Positions 40,778-48,153 are shown, counted from the stretch's first letter. The stretch is DNA of 64,000 nucleotides from Porticoccaceae bacterium (GCA_024644595.1 JAHEHL010000002.1:15741-79740); one strand, 5' to 3'. Translations and numbers: made by a program. The notes: a model not told the origin generated them from the letters alone.

Positions 40778-43168
40778 TTAGCCTGAGCGAACGGGCAAGT
40801 AAACAGATGGCTTTTGTTTGGGGGAGGTTTTTCGTTTGCACAACCGCAGTAGCCCGAACAACGCTAACAGCGCCAACGAGCTATCCGGAGATTTGCCATC
40901 ACCTATTGTGCAACCGCCACCTGAGGAGGGCTTGTCGGCGGGGGGAACAGCAGCTGGCGATGTAGTTTGGCCTCTGGTGGCCATTGTTGGCGGCTCGGAG
41001 GTTGTCTCGGAGAGCATCACCGCTATGCCGCTGGGGTCTGTCACAGTGCCGTCAGCGCGCCCATCAAGATCATCGGGGCCGCCGTCTTCTATATGGATCT
41101 CAAGACAGTTATCACCTGGTGTGAGGCCCCTGCTATAAAGCGCACTGCCGGGTTCGGGACAGGCGCCTTTGACCGCTTTGGCCGAGGCAACCCAGTTGTA
41201 GGCGTTGACAATGAAATTCTGCCAGCCAATATTGGTGTCTACGCAGGTCCGATAAACTGCCTGTTGCGGGATCGCCTCTGCTAAGGGAATTATGACGTCA
41301 TAGGATGAACCCGACTGCTTGCCCGTGACAGAAAAATCAAATAGACCGCTAGAGTATTGATAAGTCTGGTCCGGATCACAGACCAGGTTTTCAGTTTGCT
41401 CTTCCGTTAACGCAACGCTGTTGTTACCCATTTCAAACGTCGCTTCTCCAAGCTGAATTTCGGTGCCGACCTCTGTCTGCAAGAAAACATTGCCAGTTGG
41501 GGTAACCTCCGACAGGTAACGATCCTCACGATTATTCAGGTTGTCTAAGTAGTCAGGTATGCCGTCATCATCGGCATCGCCAAAGCCCTCTTCGACATCA
41601 ACAATACCGTCGCCGTCCGAGTCATCGTTAACAGCTAAGACCGGAGCTGACGGTAGCACTTCAAGTACAATTTTTTGCATTGTCGAAAGCATGGGGCTGC
41701 CGTTATCGCGGACACTCGCGCTGATGATTATTCCTTTAGCAGTGATCTGGGCGGGATCAAGGGCAAAGGTATTTTTGGTTATTTTCACAATCGGCAAGTC
41801 ATGGATCTCTGGAGCCCATTCAAACCAATGGCTGTCTTCGAGATTAAGATCGCTATAGCGAGCCTTAACACGGATCAAACCCCCGTCAGCCGTCACCAGC
41901 CTACCCTGACGCCCGTCCTGTTCAACAGTTAATGTCAGGGTGGGCGCAATATTCTCTTCAGTAATCGTTACTGTGCCTTCAGACGTTACACCGAGTACAG
42001 CATTTTCCGGCTCACCCAGACGGATCACAATGGTCTCATCAGGCTCGACCCACCTATCCCGCTCAATAGTCAGGCTAGCCTTACCGACTGTGCCCTGCTC
42101 AATCACCACCTGCAGGTCCGATAAGCTGAAGTCTTCTGCGTCGGCTGAACCTTCAATGATAAGCGGAATGGTTACCGGATATGCCGGGGCTTTACCGCTG
42201 AGAATAACGGTCACCTCATGCACCGTACCCTCTGTAACGATAACTGAAGGGGTTAGCTCAGCCAGCGGCAATATACGCAGATGTTGTATCTGACTCGCCG
42301 TATTGCCGGCTGCATCTGCTACAGACCACAGGATTTCATGGAGCCCGGATACGAATGGGCCTACGCTATTTGCCGACGGCAGCAGGTCAATGCCACTGTC
42401 ATCCGTCGCGGTGGCTTGACCAATATCCACAGCGGTTAAATGGCCAGTCGCCGCAACAGTTACATCCTGCGGGATTACTAACTCGGGTGGCAGCTCATCG
42501 AGAGTTGGATCGGAGCCCACTATGTACTCGTCAATATTAGATGCTCCGTCACCATCAAGATCAGACTCAGCGTCTGTCGGGTCATTGGGGTTAAGCCCAT
42601 GCTCGATCTCGTAGCTGTCGGGTAGTCCATCCCCATCACTGTCCACAGGCGCTGCTAGTCGCTCTGGCGCCAACTCCAAGACTGCACTCTGAGCTTCAAG
42701 ACTGTATCCATAGGGTAAAGAGGAGGCAGTAAAATTCACTTGGGTGCCGCTAAAACCACTCAAGGTGGTAAACGGCAGCACAGCTAATTGCGCTGGCATA
42801 CCGGTTTGTTGAGGCCATCCTGCACCCGCCAGGTCGGCCCAGGCAATTAGCAGATATTTATCGGTAGAGGGTTCGGCATCGTAGTCCTCTAAATCATTTT
42901 GCAGCTGAAAACCCTGCAGCTCCGCAGGCAATAACTGTTGCGGATCACCAGCGGTTAAGTCGGCGCTGTTAAAATGGATGCGCAATCCGAGACCTGGGAG
43001 CAAACGGTTTCCCGTTACACTATACGACAGTGTGAGATTTGCAGGCTGGTCGCTGGATAGACTAGAAGGAGAAAATAACCCAGTAACAGATTGTATTTGC
43101 CCAACAGCAGCTCCGGCATAGCCAGCACAGCTTAGAATCAAACCAAACACAACAACGAATCGAGTCAT
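40778..43168 (-). CDS. Large secreted multidomain surface protein with a Cys-containing C-terminal sorting-signal-like tail
   Basis: ORF 40778..43234, with the likely start at MTRFVVVFGLILSCAGYAGAAVG (signal peptide). Residue numbers below count from the ORF start at 43234. Read by eye: a cohesin-like beta domain (about aa 45-189); Asp-rich Ca-binding TSP3-like repeats (DSDGDGLPD, DLDGDGASN, DDSDGDGIVD, DADDDGIPD); an HYR-like module (about 250-323); a Calx-beta-like module (about 325-425); a C-terminal beta domain ending IEDGGPDDLDGRADGTVTDPSGIA; a Pro/Thr linker; and then SSGGGCTIGDGKSPDSSLALLALFGLLRLCKRK plus a 16-aa tail. Confidence 0.75.
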   Translation of the reverse strand: MTRFVVVFGLILSCAGYAGAAVGQIQSVTGLFSPSSLSSDQPANLTLSYSVTGNRLLPGLGLRIHFNSADLTAGDPQQLLPAELQGFQLQNDLEDYDAEPSTDKYLLIAWADLAGAGWPQQTGMPAQLAVLPFTTLSGFSGTQVNFTASSLPYGYSLEAQSAVLELAPERLAAPVDSDGDGLPDSYEIEHGLNPNDPTDAESDLDGDGASNIDEYIVGSDPTLDELPPELVIPQDVTVAATGHLTAVDIGQATATDDSGIDLLPSANSVGPFVSGLHEILWSVADAAGNTASQIQHLRILPLAELTPSVIVTEGTVHEVTVILSGKAPAYPVTIPLIIEGSADAEDFSLSDLQVVIEQGTVGKASLTIERDRWVEPDETIVIRLGEPENAVLGVTSEGTVTITEENIAPTLTLTVEQDGRQGRLVTADGGLIRVKARYSDLNLEDSHWFEWAPEIHDLPIVKITKNTFALDPAQITAKGIIISASVRDNGSPMLSTMQKIVLEVLPSAPVLAVNDDSDGDGIVDVEEGFGDADDDGIPDYLDNLNNREDRYLSEVTPTGNVFLQTEVGTEIQLGEATFEMGNNSVALTEEQTENLVCDPDQTYQYSSGLFDFSVTGKQSGSSYDVIIPLAEAIPQQAVYRTCVDTNIGWQNFIVNAYNWVASAKAVKGACPEPGSALYSRGLTPGDNCLEIHIEDGGPDDLDGRADGTVTDPSGIAVMLSETTSEPPTMATRGQTTSPAAVPPADKPSSGGGCTIGDGKSPDSSLALLALFGLLRLCKRKTSPKQKPSVYLPVRSG

Positions 43169-43323
43169 ACCATGTTCCATACGATAGATTTCCGTTGTTC
43201 CTATGACACTACAGTCTGATATAAAATTCAACAATGAATAATTATTTTTTTAATTAACCGTTAAAAAAGTCCCACAGTGTTATTTTTTTTAATCTCTAAT
43301 ACCAAAATGATAGTAGAAATATT

Positions 43324-43740
43324 ATGCGACGATTTTATTTTGATCCTATTTTTATAGGCTTATTTCTATCTCCTATTCCATTTTGGATGATTTTAAATAA
43401 TCACCCTTTTAACTTTAATGAAGACTTGCTTCTAACGTTGCTAACGGTGAGTGCTCTGTACCCTGTTGTTGAGGAAATTATTTTCAGGGGCACTATTCAA
43501 CAGTGGCTGGGGAGAAAATTTTGTGGCAGCCTGCTTAGACTCTCCACCGCAAATATCCTGACAAGCCTTCTTTTTACGCTTAGCCACCTGATTAATCATT
43601 CGCCCTACTGGGCGCTTTCGACTTTTATTCCCTCTTTAATTTTCGGTTTTGTAATGGATCGCTACAAAATCATCGCGGCGCCGATCATTCTTCATAGCAC
43701 TTATAACCTCGGCTATTTTCTTTCTTTTGGTATAAATTAA
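43324..43740 (+). CDS. Minimal CPBP family (CAAX/Abi-type) glutamic intramembrane endopeptidase
   Basis: 138-aa ORF with all three CPBP motifs: EEIIFRG (EExxxR), FTLSHL (FxxxH) and HSTYN (HxxxN). Four to five hydrophobic segments. The gene is strongly AT-rich and divergent from the 818-aa protein gene. Confidence 0.85.
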   Translation: MRRFYFDPIFIGLFLSPIPFWMILNNHPFNFNEDLLLTLLTVSALYPVVEEIIFRGTIQQWLGRKFCGSLLRLSTANILTSLLFTLSHLINHSPYWALSTFIPSLIFGFVMDRYKIIAAPIILHSTYNLGYFLSFGIN

Positions 43741-43754
43741 AAATCTATTTTTAA

Positions 43755-43780
43755 AATTACACTTGTATATAAGTGTAATT
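43755..43780. promoter_or_regulatory. Perfect 10-bp inverted repeat (26-bp palindromic site) between the CPBP and collagen-like genes
   Basis: AATTACACTT-GTATAT-AAGTGTAATT, 15 nt after the CPBP stop and about 125 nt before the collagen-like gene start. It could be an operator or an AT-rich terminator stem. Confidence 0.45.
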
Positions 43781-43862
43781 GCTATATCGATAAAGCTATT
43801 TGATCTAAAAACGACTATACATAAATAAATAATATTGTTAATTTGAAAACCGGTATTCATTT

Positions 43863-44996
43863 ATGGATATGTTCGTCTCACGGACTGAATGGAGGTTTAT
43901 CGCTGTGTTTAAAACTAGTTTCAGCAATAGTGCTGCGCATCGATTAGTTGTTCGATCGTCTTTTTTTATTTTTCTCATTGCCTGCCTGACAGCGCCACAA
44001 CAAGGCTTAACTCAAGCTAATGTTCAGCGCCCAGACGGTATCGCGATCTTAGATATTGATGCCTCTGGCAGCGTCGATGCATTCACTGATGGACTCTTAA
44101 TTCTGCGCTCGCTAATCGGTTTTAGTGACGCTGCTTTGACCCAGGATATATCTGACAACTGTGGCCAGTGTGACCCTGAGACCATTACTAATTACATTAC
44201 TCAATTAAGCACTCAATCAGTTGTCACAGCCGGTGTAAGTCAAGGAGAAGCTGGACCCCAAGGTGAACCTGGACCCCAAGGTGAACCTGGACCCAAAGGC
44301 GAACCTGGACCCAAAGGCGAACCTGGACCCAAAGGCGAACCTGGACCCAAAGGTGAAACCGGACCCAAAGGTGAAACCGGACCCAAAGGTGAAACCGGAC
44401 CCAAAGGTGAAACCGGACCCAAAGGTGAAACCGGACCTAAAGGTAAAACCGGACCTAAAGGCGAAACTGGCGCTACAGGCTTAACTGGCCCACAGGGTTC
44501 CTCTGGGTTAGCGGGTCCCGTCGGCCCCAAGGGAGAAACCGGACCCAAAGGCGAAACTGGCGCCACAGGCTTAACTGGTCCACAGGGTCTCACCGGATTA
44601 GCAGGTCCCGTTGGACCTCAAGGGGAAACCGGAGCCAAAGGTGAAACTGGGGCATCTGGCGAAGCTGGCCCCCGCGGACTTACAGGACCTGCAGGTAATG
44701 CCTATGCAGGAACTTGGTCGGGGTCGAATAGCTATATTGAAGGCCAAATGGTGCTGCATAATCATTTGCCTTACTGGGCACTTAGCGACAACAACTCTGT
44801 GGAACCAGGATCTGAGATCTCAAATTGTGCCAACTGGGACTCAGCTATTGATCTTAACTGGATAGGACTGGGGGGTGTTCCTTCAAGCAGCTGTGTTTGG
44901 AACGGTGGCACCAAGGCTAATTTCAGAGGTGATGATGAAACGGCATTTACTGCTTATGGTGCGCCTAACGCCGTCTTCGATATGGTTGAAGGTTAA
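43863..44996 (+). CDS. Collagen-like triple-helix repeat protein with an N-terminal dockerin/EF-hand-like motif
   Basis: 377-aa ORF. A better start is probably the GTG at 43905 (GGAGG 9 nt upstream), giving the signal-like N-terminus [38 protein letters not shown]. It then has [24 protein letters not shown], 51 uninterrupted Gly-X-Y triplets (aa 128-280), and a CBM5/12-like [22 protein letters not shown] segment. It ends at an in-frame TAA (44994-44996). Confidence 0.8.
   Translation: MDMFVSRTEWRFIAVFKTSFSNSAAHRLVVRSSFFIFLIACLTAPQQGLTQANVQRPDGIAILDIDASGSVDAFTDGLLILRSLIGFSDAALTQDISDNCGQCDPETITNYITQLSTQSVVTAGVSQGEAGPQGEPGPQGEPGPKGEPGPKGEPGPKGEPGPKGETGPKGETGPKGETGPKGETGPKGETGPKGKTGPKGETGATGLTGPQGSSGLAGPVGPKGETGPKGETGATGLTGPQGLTGLAGPVGPQGETGAKGETGASGEAGPRGLTGPAGNAYAGTWSGSNSYIEGQMVLHNHLPYWALSDNNSVEPGSEISNCANWDSAIDLNWIGLGGVPSSSCVWNGGTKANFRGDDETAFTAYGAPNAVFDMVEG
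44244..44702 (+). repeat. Tandem 9/18-bp coding repeats (Gly-X-Y)51
   Basis: Near-identical 18-bp units GGTGAACCTGGACCCAAA / GGTGAAACCGGACCCAAA encode GEPGPQ x2, GEPGPK x4, GETGPK x5 and GKTGPK. They are followed by a duplicated block of about 90 bp ([13 protein letters not shown](S/L)(S/T)GLAGPVGP(K/Q)). Confidence 0.95.
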
Positions 44997-45344
44997 GACA
45001 GCACTGTCAGTATTACCACCGGACAGAGCGTAACGCTTACCGGTCTGGCAGTTTATATTAGCGTTGGCGCAGGGCACAAAGCGATCTCTGGCGATTGGTA
45101 TTTTACCGCCGTCGTCAATGGAGCACCGACAGGTAGTAGCTGCGCGCCGACTGGCCACATTGTTGACCCAAGAACGGGTTCAGGGCATGTAATGACGTGT
45201 GATGTCGCACTTGAGGTTTCTGTTGCTGAAGGCTCGACTATTTCAATTCAGTCATACTGGAATGCTTCCAGGCATCGTAAAGACGACGTTCAAGGCGATA
45301 TTGACTGGGCAATAAACTACTCTCTGGGTCTGCCGCTTAACTGA
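44997..45344 (+). other. Stop-free in-frame continuation of the collagen-like ORF (115 codons plus TGA)
   Basis: My own translation after the TAA is DSTVSITTGQSVTLTGLAVYISVGAGHKAISGDWYFTAVVNGAPTGSSCAPTGHIVDPRTGSGHVMTCDVALEVSVAEGSTISIQSYWNASRHRKDDVQGDIDWAINYSLGLPLN*. It has no ATG near its start and so is not in the ORF track. The composition is beta-rich and looks like a globular domain. Confidence 0.6.
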
Positions 45345-45352
45345 GATGGTGC
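45339..45352. repeat. Direct repeat copy 1 (AACTGAGATGGTGC), duplicating the tRNA-Leu 3' end and flank
   Basis: Exact 14-mer also found at 45484-45497. This copy contains the TGA stop of the extended collagen-like frame. Confidence 0.85.
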
Positions 45353-45483
45353 ACACAAATTCGTCGGGAACGAATTTCGACAACTGCTTGTCAGTTGCCC
45401 GAAGGGTCCATACCAGGAAGGCATTGATCAACCCGGACTCTGCGCTAAAGCACACCGGGTTTTACTCGAATAACTCTGTGAAG

Positions 45484-45497
45484 AACTGAGATGGTGC
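45484..45497. repeat. Direct repeat copy 2 (AACTGAGATGGTGC), spanning the tRNA-Leu 3' terminus
   Basis: Covers the last 6 nt of tRNA-Leu (GCACCA on the minus strand) plus 8 nt of downstream flank. Confidence 0.85.
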
Positions 45498-45576
45498 CCA
45501 AGGCCGGACTCGAACCGGCACGGCTTTCGCCACTACCCCCTCAAGATAGCGTGTCTACCAATTCCACCACTTGGGC
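45492..45576 (-). tRNA. leuU: tRNA-Leu (anticodon GAG)
   Basis: The 85-nt minus-strand sequence is GCCCAAGTGGTGGAATTGGTAGACACGCTATCTTGAGGGGGTAGTGGCGAAAGCCGTGCCGGTTCGAGTCCGGCCTTGGGCACCA. It has a long variable arm (class II), anticodon loop TTGAGGG, and lies 25 nt after secG as in the E. coli secG-leuU operon. Confidence 0.93.
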
Positions 45577-45601
45577 ATTTCTCAAACGATTCTTACTTTT
45601 A

Positions 45602-45949
45602 CTACTGAGGGATTTCCAACTCTTCTACAGTGTTCTCCACTGCAGGAAGATCTGTCTCCAGCGCTGGCTCAACAGGAATGACCTCCAGCTCTGGTAACAA
45701 CACGCTGTCAACGACGGTTTTGTTTTTTGCAATAACAGCAAGGCTGATACTGGTAACAAAAAAGATGGTCGACAAAATCGCTGTCATGCGACTAAAAAAG
45801 TTCCAGCTTCCGGAGCTGCCAAAAACGGTTTGCGATGCACCGGAACCAAACGATGCGCCGGCTTCTGCGCCTTTGCCTTGCTGTATCAAAATCAAACCGA
45901 TCAATACTACTGCGATCAGAAAGTGAAAGATTAAAATAAAATTTTCCAT
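45602..45949 (-). CDS. secG: Preprotein translocase subunit SecG
   Basis: 115-aa ORF. VVLIGLILIQQGKGAEAGASFGSGASQTVFGSSG is the conserved SecG core. Confidence 0.93.
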   Translation of the reverse strand: MENFILIFHFLIAVVLIGLILIQQGKGAEAGASFGSGASQTVFGSSGSWNFFSRMTAILSTIFFVTSISLAVIAKNKTVVDSVLLPELEVIPVEPALETDLPAVENTVEELEIPQ

Positions 45950-45951
45950 GA

Positions 45952-46707
45952 TTATGCTTCTATCGATTTTGCAATATTCAAAAATTCATCCGCCTTCAAA
46001 GAGGCCCCTCCAACCAGTCCACCATTGATGTCTGGTTTTGCAAACAATTCTGCTGCGTTGTTCCGGGTTACGCTGCCCCCATAGAGCAAGGTCGTCGACC
46101 GGCCCGCTTCGCCAAGCTGTGTGCGGATGGCATGATGCACGTCCTGAGCTTGCTGTGGACTTGCAGTCTCACCCGTTCCTATCGCCCAAACTGGCTCATA
46201 GGCAACGACCCCGCGACAAACACTCGACAAACCAACCTCGGCAATGACCGCAGCAATTTGTGCCGCGACCACTTCCAGCGTCTCACCTTGCTGACGCTGC
46301 TGAAGTGTTTCCCCTACGCAAAGAATCGGTATTAATCCACCGGTCTGCGCGGCCTTAAATTTTTCAGCCACTGTCTGGTCGCTCTCACCCAGTACTGCGC
46401 GTCGCTCTGAATGGCCAACCAGAACATACTTGCAGCCCTGATCAACCAACATCTCGACAGACACTTCCCCGGTGTATGCTCCGCCGGGGTACTGCGAGCA
46501 GTTCTGCGCGCCGACACTGATATTGCCGTTGGCAGTGGCCGCAACAACGGCCGGGATATGCACAAAAGGCGGAAAAACGACCATTTCAGGACTCTCGTCG
46601 TGACCCGTTTCCTGGACCCAATGGCGACTCAACTGAGAGGCTAACGCTACACCCGATTCAGTGGTTCCATGCATTTTCCAGTTGCCCGCGATTAGCGCCT
46701 TACACAT
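45952..46707 (-). CDS. tpiA: Triose-phosphate isomerase
   Basis: 251-aa ORF. AGNWKMHG, VLVGHSERR and AYEPVWAIGTG motifs. Confidence 0.95.
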   Translation of the reverse strand: MCKALIAGNWKMHGTTESGVALASQLSRHWVQETGHDESPEMVVFPPFVHIPAVVAATANGNISVGAQNCSQYPGGAYTGEVSVEMLVDQGCKYVLVGHSERRAVLGESDQTVAEKFKAAQTGGLIPILCVGETLQQRQQGETLEVVAAQIAAVIAEVGLSSVCRGVVAYEPVWAIGTGETASPQQAQDVHHAIRTQLGEAGRSTTLLYGGSVTRNNAAELFAKPDINGGLVGGASLKADEFLNIAKSIEA

Positions 46708-46785
46708 CCTAGATACTCCCTTGAGAGCAGTGCCGCAAAAGGGCGCAAATCCTACCCGACTGTCGACGAAGATACAATAAGCAAA

Positions 46786-48153
46786 TCAGCTTTTCACAGT
46801 ACTGACACGGTGCTCGACAATTTCAGCGATCGCCTTGGCGCAGCTTTCAACCAGCGCGCTGTCTTCACCTTCGACCATTACCCGAATCAGTGGCTCGGTG
46901 CCTGAAGGTCGAAGTAATACGCGGCCGCGCCCGGCAAGCTTTTTCTCAGCATCGGCAACGGCACGATTAATGTCTTGGTCAGCGCTGATATCCATTTTCC
47001 GGGGCAGTCGTACATTGATCATTAACTGCGGCAGCTTGTTCATGCCCGCTTTTAATTCCCGCAGTGTCTTACCGCTATCAACAACGGCTCTTAACACTTG
47101 CAACGCCGAAACGATGCCGTCGCCTGTGGTGTTGAGATCGCTGCACAGCACATGCCCGGAACCCTCACCGCCGAGGGACCAGTTATTTTCTTTCATCGCC
47201 TCAACCACATAGCGGTCGCCGACTTTTGTGCGTGCAAAAGGAATGTGCATCTCCGCGAGGGCCAGCTCGAGGCCGAGATTGCTCATCAGGGTTCCGGCAA
47301 CACCGGTGCAACCGCCCTGCATGCGATGGCGGTGCTGGGCGATAATAAAGAGCAATTCGTCACCATCGACCAGTTCACCTTGATCATCGATAAACAGCAC
47401 GCGATCACCATCGCCGTCAAAGGCAATGCCCATGTGTGCCTGCTCGTCTAAGACTAAGGATGCTAGCGCAGCGGTATGAGTGGAACCACATTGATCATTA
47501 ATATTAAACCCGTTGGGCTGATTGCCTATGGTCAGGGTTGTTGCCCCCAACTCCTTAAATACTTTGGGGGCCACGTCGTAGGTGGCACCGTGAGCGCAGT
47601 CCAGCACCACTTTCATTCCGCTCAGGGAAAAGCCCGAGGGCAGGCTGCCTTTGCAAAATTCCACATAACGGCCGGCAGCGTCACTGATCCGGCGCGCTTT
47701 ACCGAGATGGTTTGAGTCATTGGTAATCAATGGTTGATCGAGCAGGGCTTCAATTTCCATCTCTACTTGATCGGGTAATTTGTAGCCATCGGCGGCGAAA
47801 AATTTTATGCCGTTGTCGTCTACCGGATTGTGTGACGCGCTGATAACAATGCCGGCGGCGGCTCGAAAGGTGCGTGTCAGATAGGCAATAGCAGGGGTCG
47901 GCATTGGGCCGAGCATATCCACATCGACGCCAGCGGCAATCAAACCGGCTTCGAGAGCTGATTCAAACATGTAGCCTGACACGCGGGTGTCCTTGCCAAT
48001 CAACACGCGTTTTTTGCCGGTAGCATTTTTTGTCAGCACTTTACCCGCCGCCCAGCCCAGCTTGAGAAAGAAATCTGCGGTGATGGGTGCTTCACCGACG
48101 CGCCCGCGAATGCCGTCGGTACCAAAATATTTTCGTTTCATCGAATTTGCCAT
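46786..48153 (-). CDS. glmM: Phosphoglucosamine mutase
   Basis: 455-aa [13 protein letters not shown] and the active-site sequence ISASHNP. The start could alternatively be the ATG 4 codons downstream. Confidence 0.95.
   Translation of the reverse strand: MANSMKRKYFGTDGIRGRVGEAPITADFFLKLGWAAGKVLTKNATGKKRVLIGKDTRVSGYMFESALEAGLIAAGVDVDMLGPMPTPAIAYLTRTFRAAAGIVISASHNPVDDNGIKFFAADGYKLPDQVEMEIEALLDQPLITNDSNHLGKARRISDAAGRYVEFCKGSLPSGFSLSGMKVVLDCAHGATYDVAPKVFKELGATTLTIGNQPNGFNINDQCGSTHTAALASLVLDEQAHMGIAFDGDGDRVLFIDDQGELVDGDELLFIIAQHRHRMQGGCTGVAGTLMSNLGLELALAEMHIPFARTKVGDRYVVEAMKENNWSLGGEGSGHVLCSDLNTTGDGIVSALQVLRAVVDSGKTLRELKAGMNKLPQLMINVRLPRKMDISADQDINRAVADAEKKLAGRGRVLLRPSGTEPLIRVMVEGEDSALVESCAKAIAEIVEHRVSTVKS

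Noticed and set aside
43636-43860. 74-aa minus-strand ORF across the CPBP 3' end and the AT-rich intergenic region
   Set aside because: It overlaps the well-supported CPBP gene and has Asn/Ile/Lys-rich, low-complexity content driven by AT richness. It also contains the 26-bp palindrome.
44240-44593. 117-aa minus-strand ORF and 73-aa plus-strand ORF (44263-44484) within the collagen repeat. I also considered whether the regular repeats could be a CRISPR array.
   Set aside because: The alternative frames of an 18-bp tandem repeat stay open trivially. The Gly-X-Y frame is continuous with flanking non-repeat coding sequence. The region is not CRISPR: the units are only 18 bp, directly abutting with no spacers, and no cas genes are present.
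40712-45491. Interpreting the island as a prophage, integrative element or defence island
   Set aside because: No integrase, recombinase, capsid, terminase, nuclease, helicase or toxin-antitoxin-like genes are present. Only the collagen-like gene and the 14-bp att-like repeat hint at past mobile DNA.
45491-45697. 68-aa plus-strand ORF
   Set aside because: It covers the tRNA-Leu gene in antisense and then the antisense of the secG 3' end, so it is spurious.
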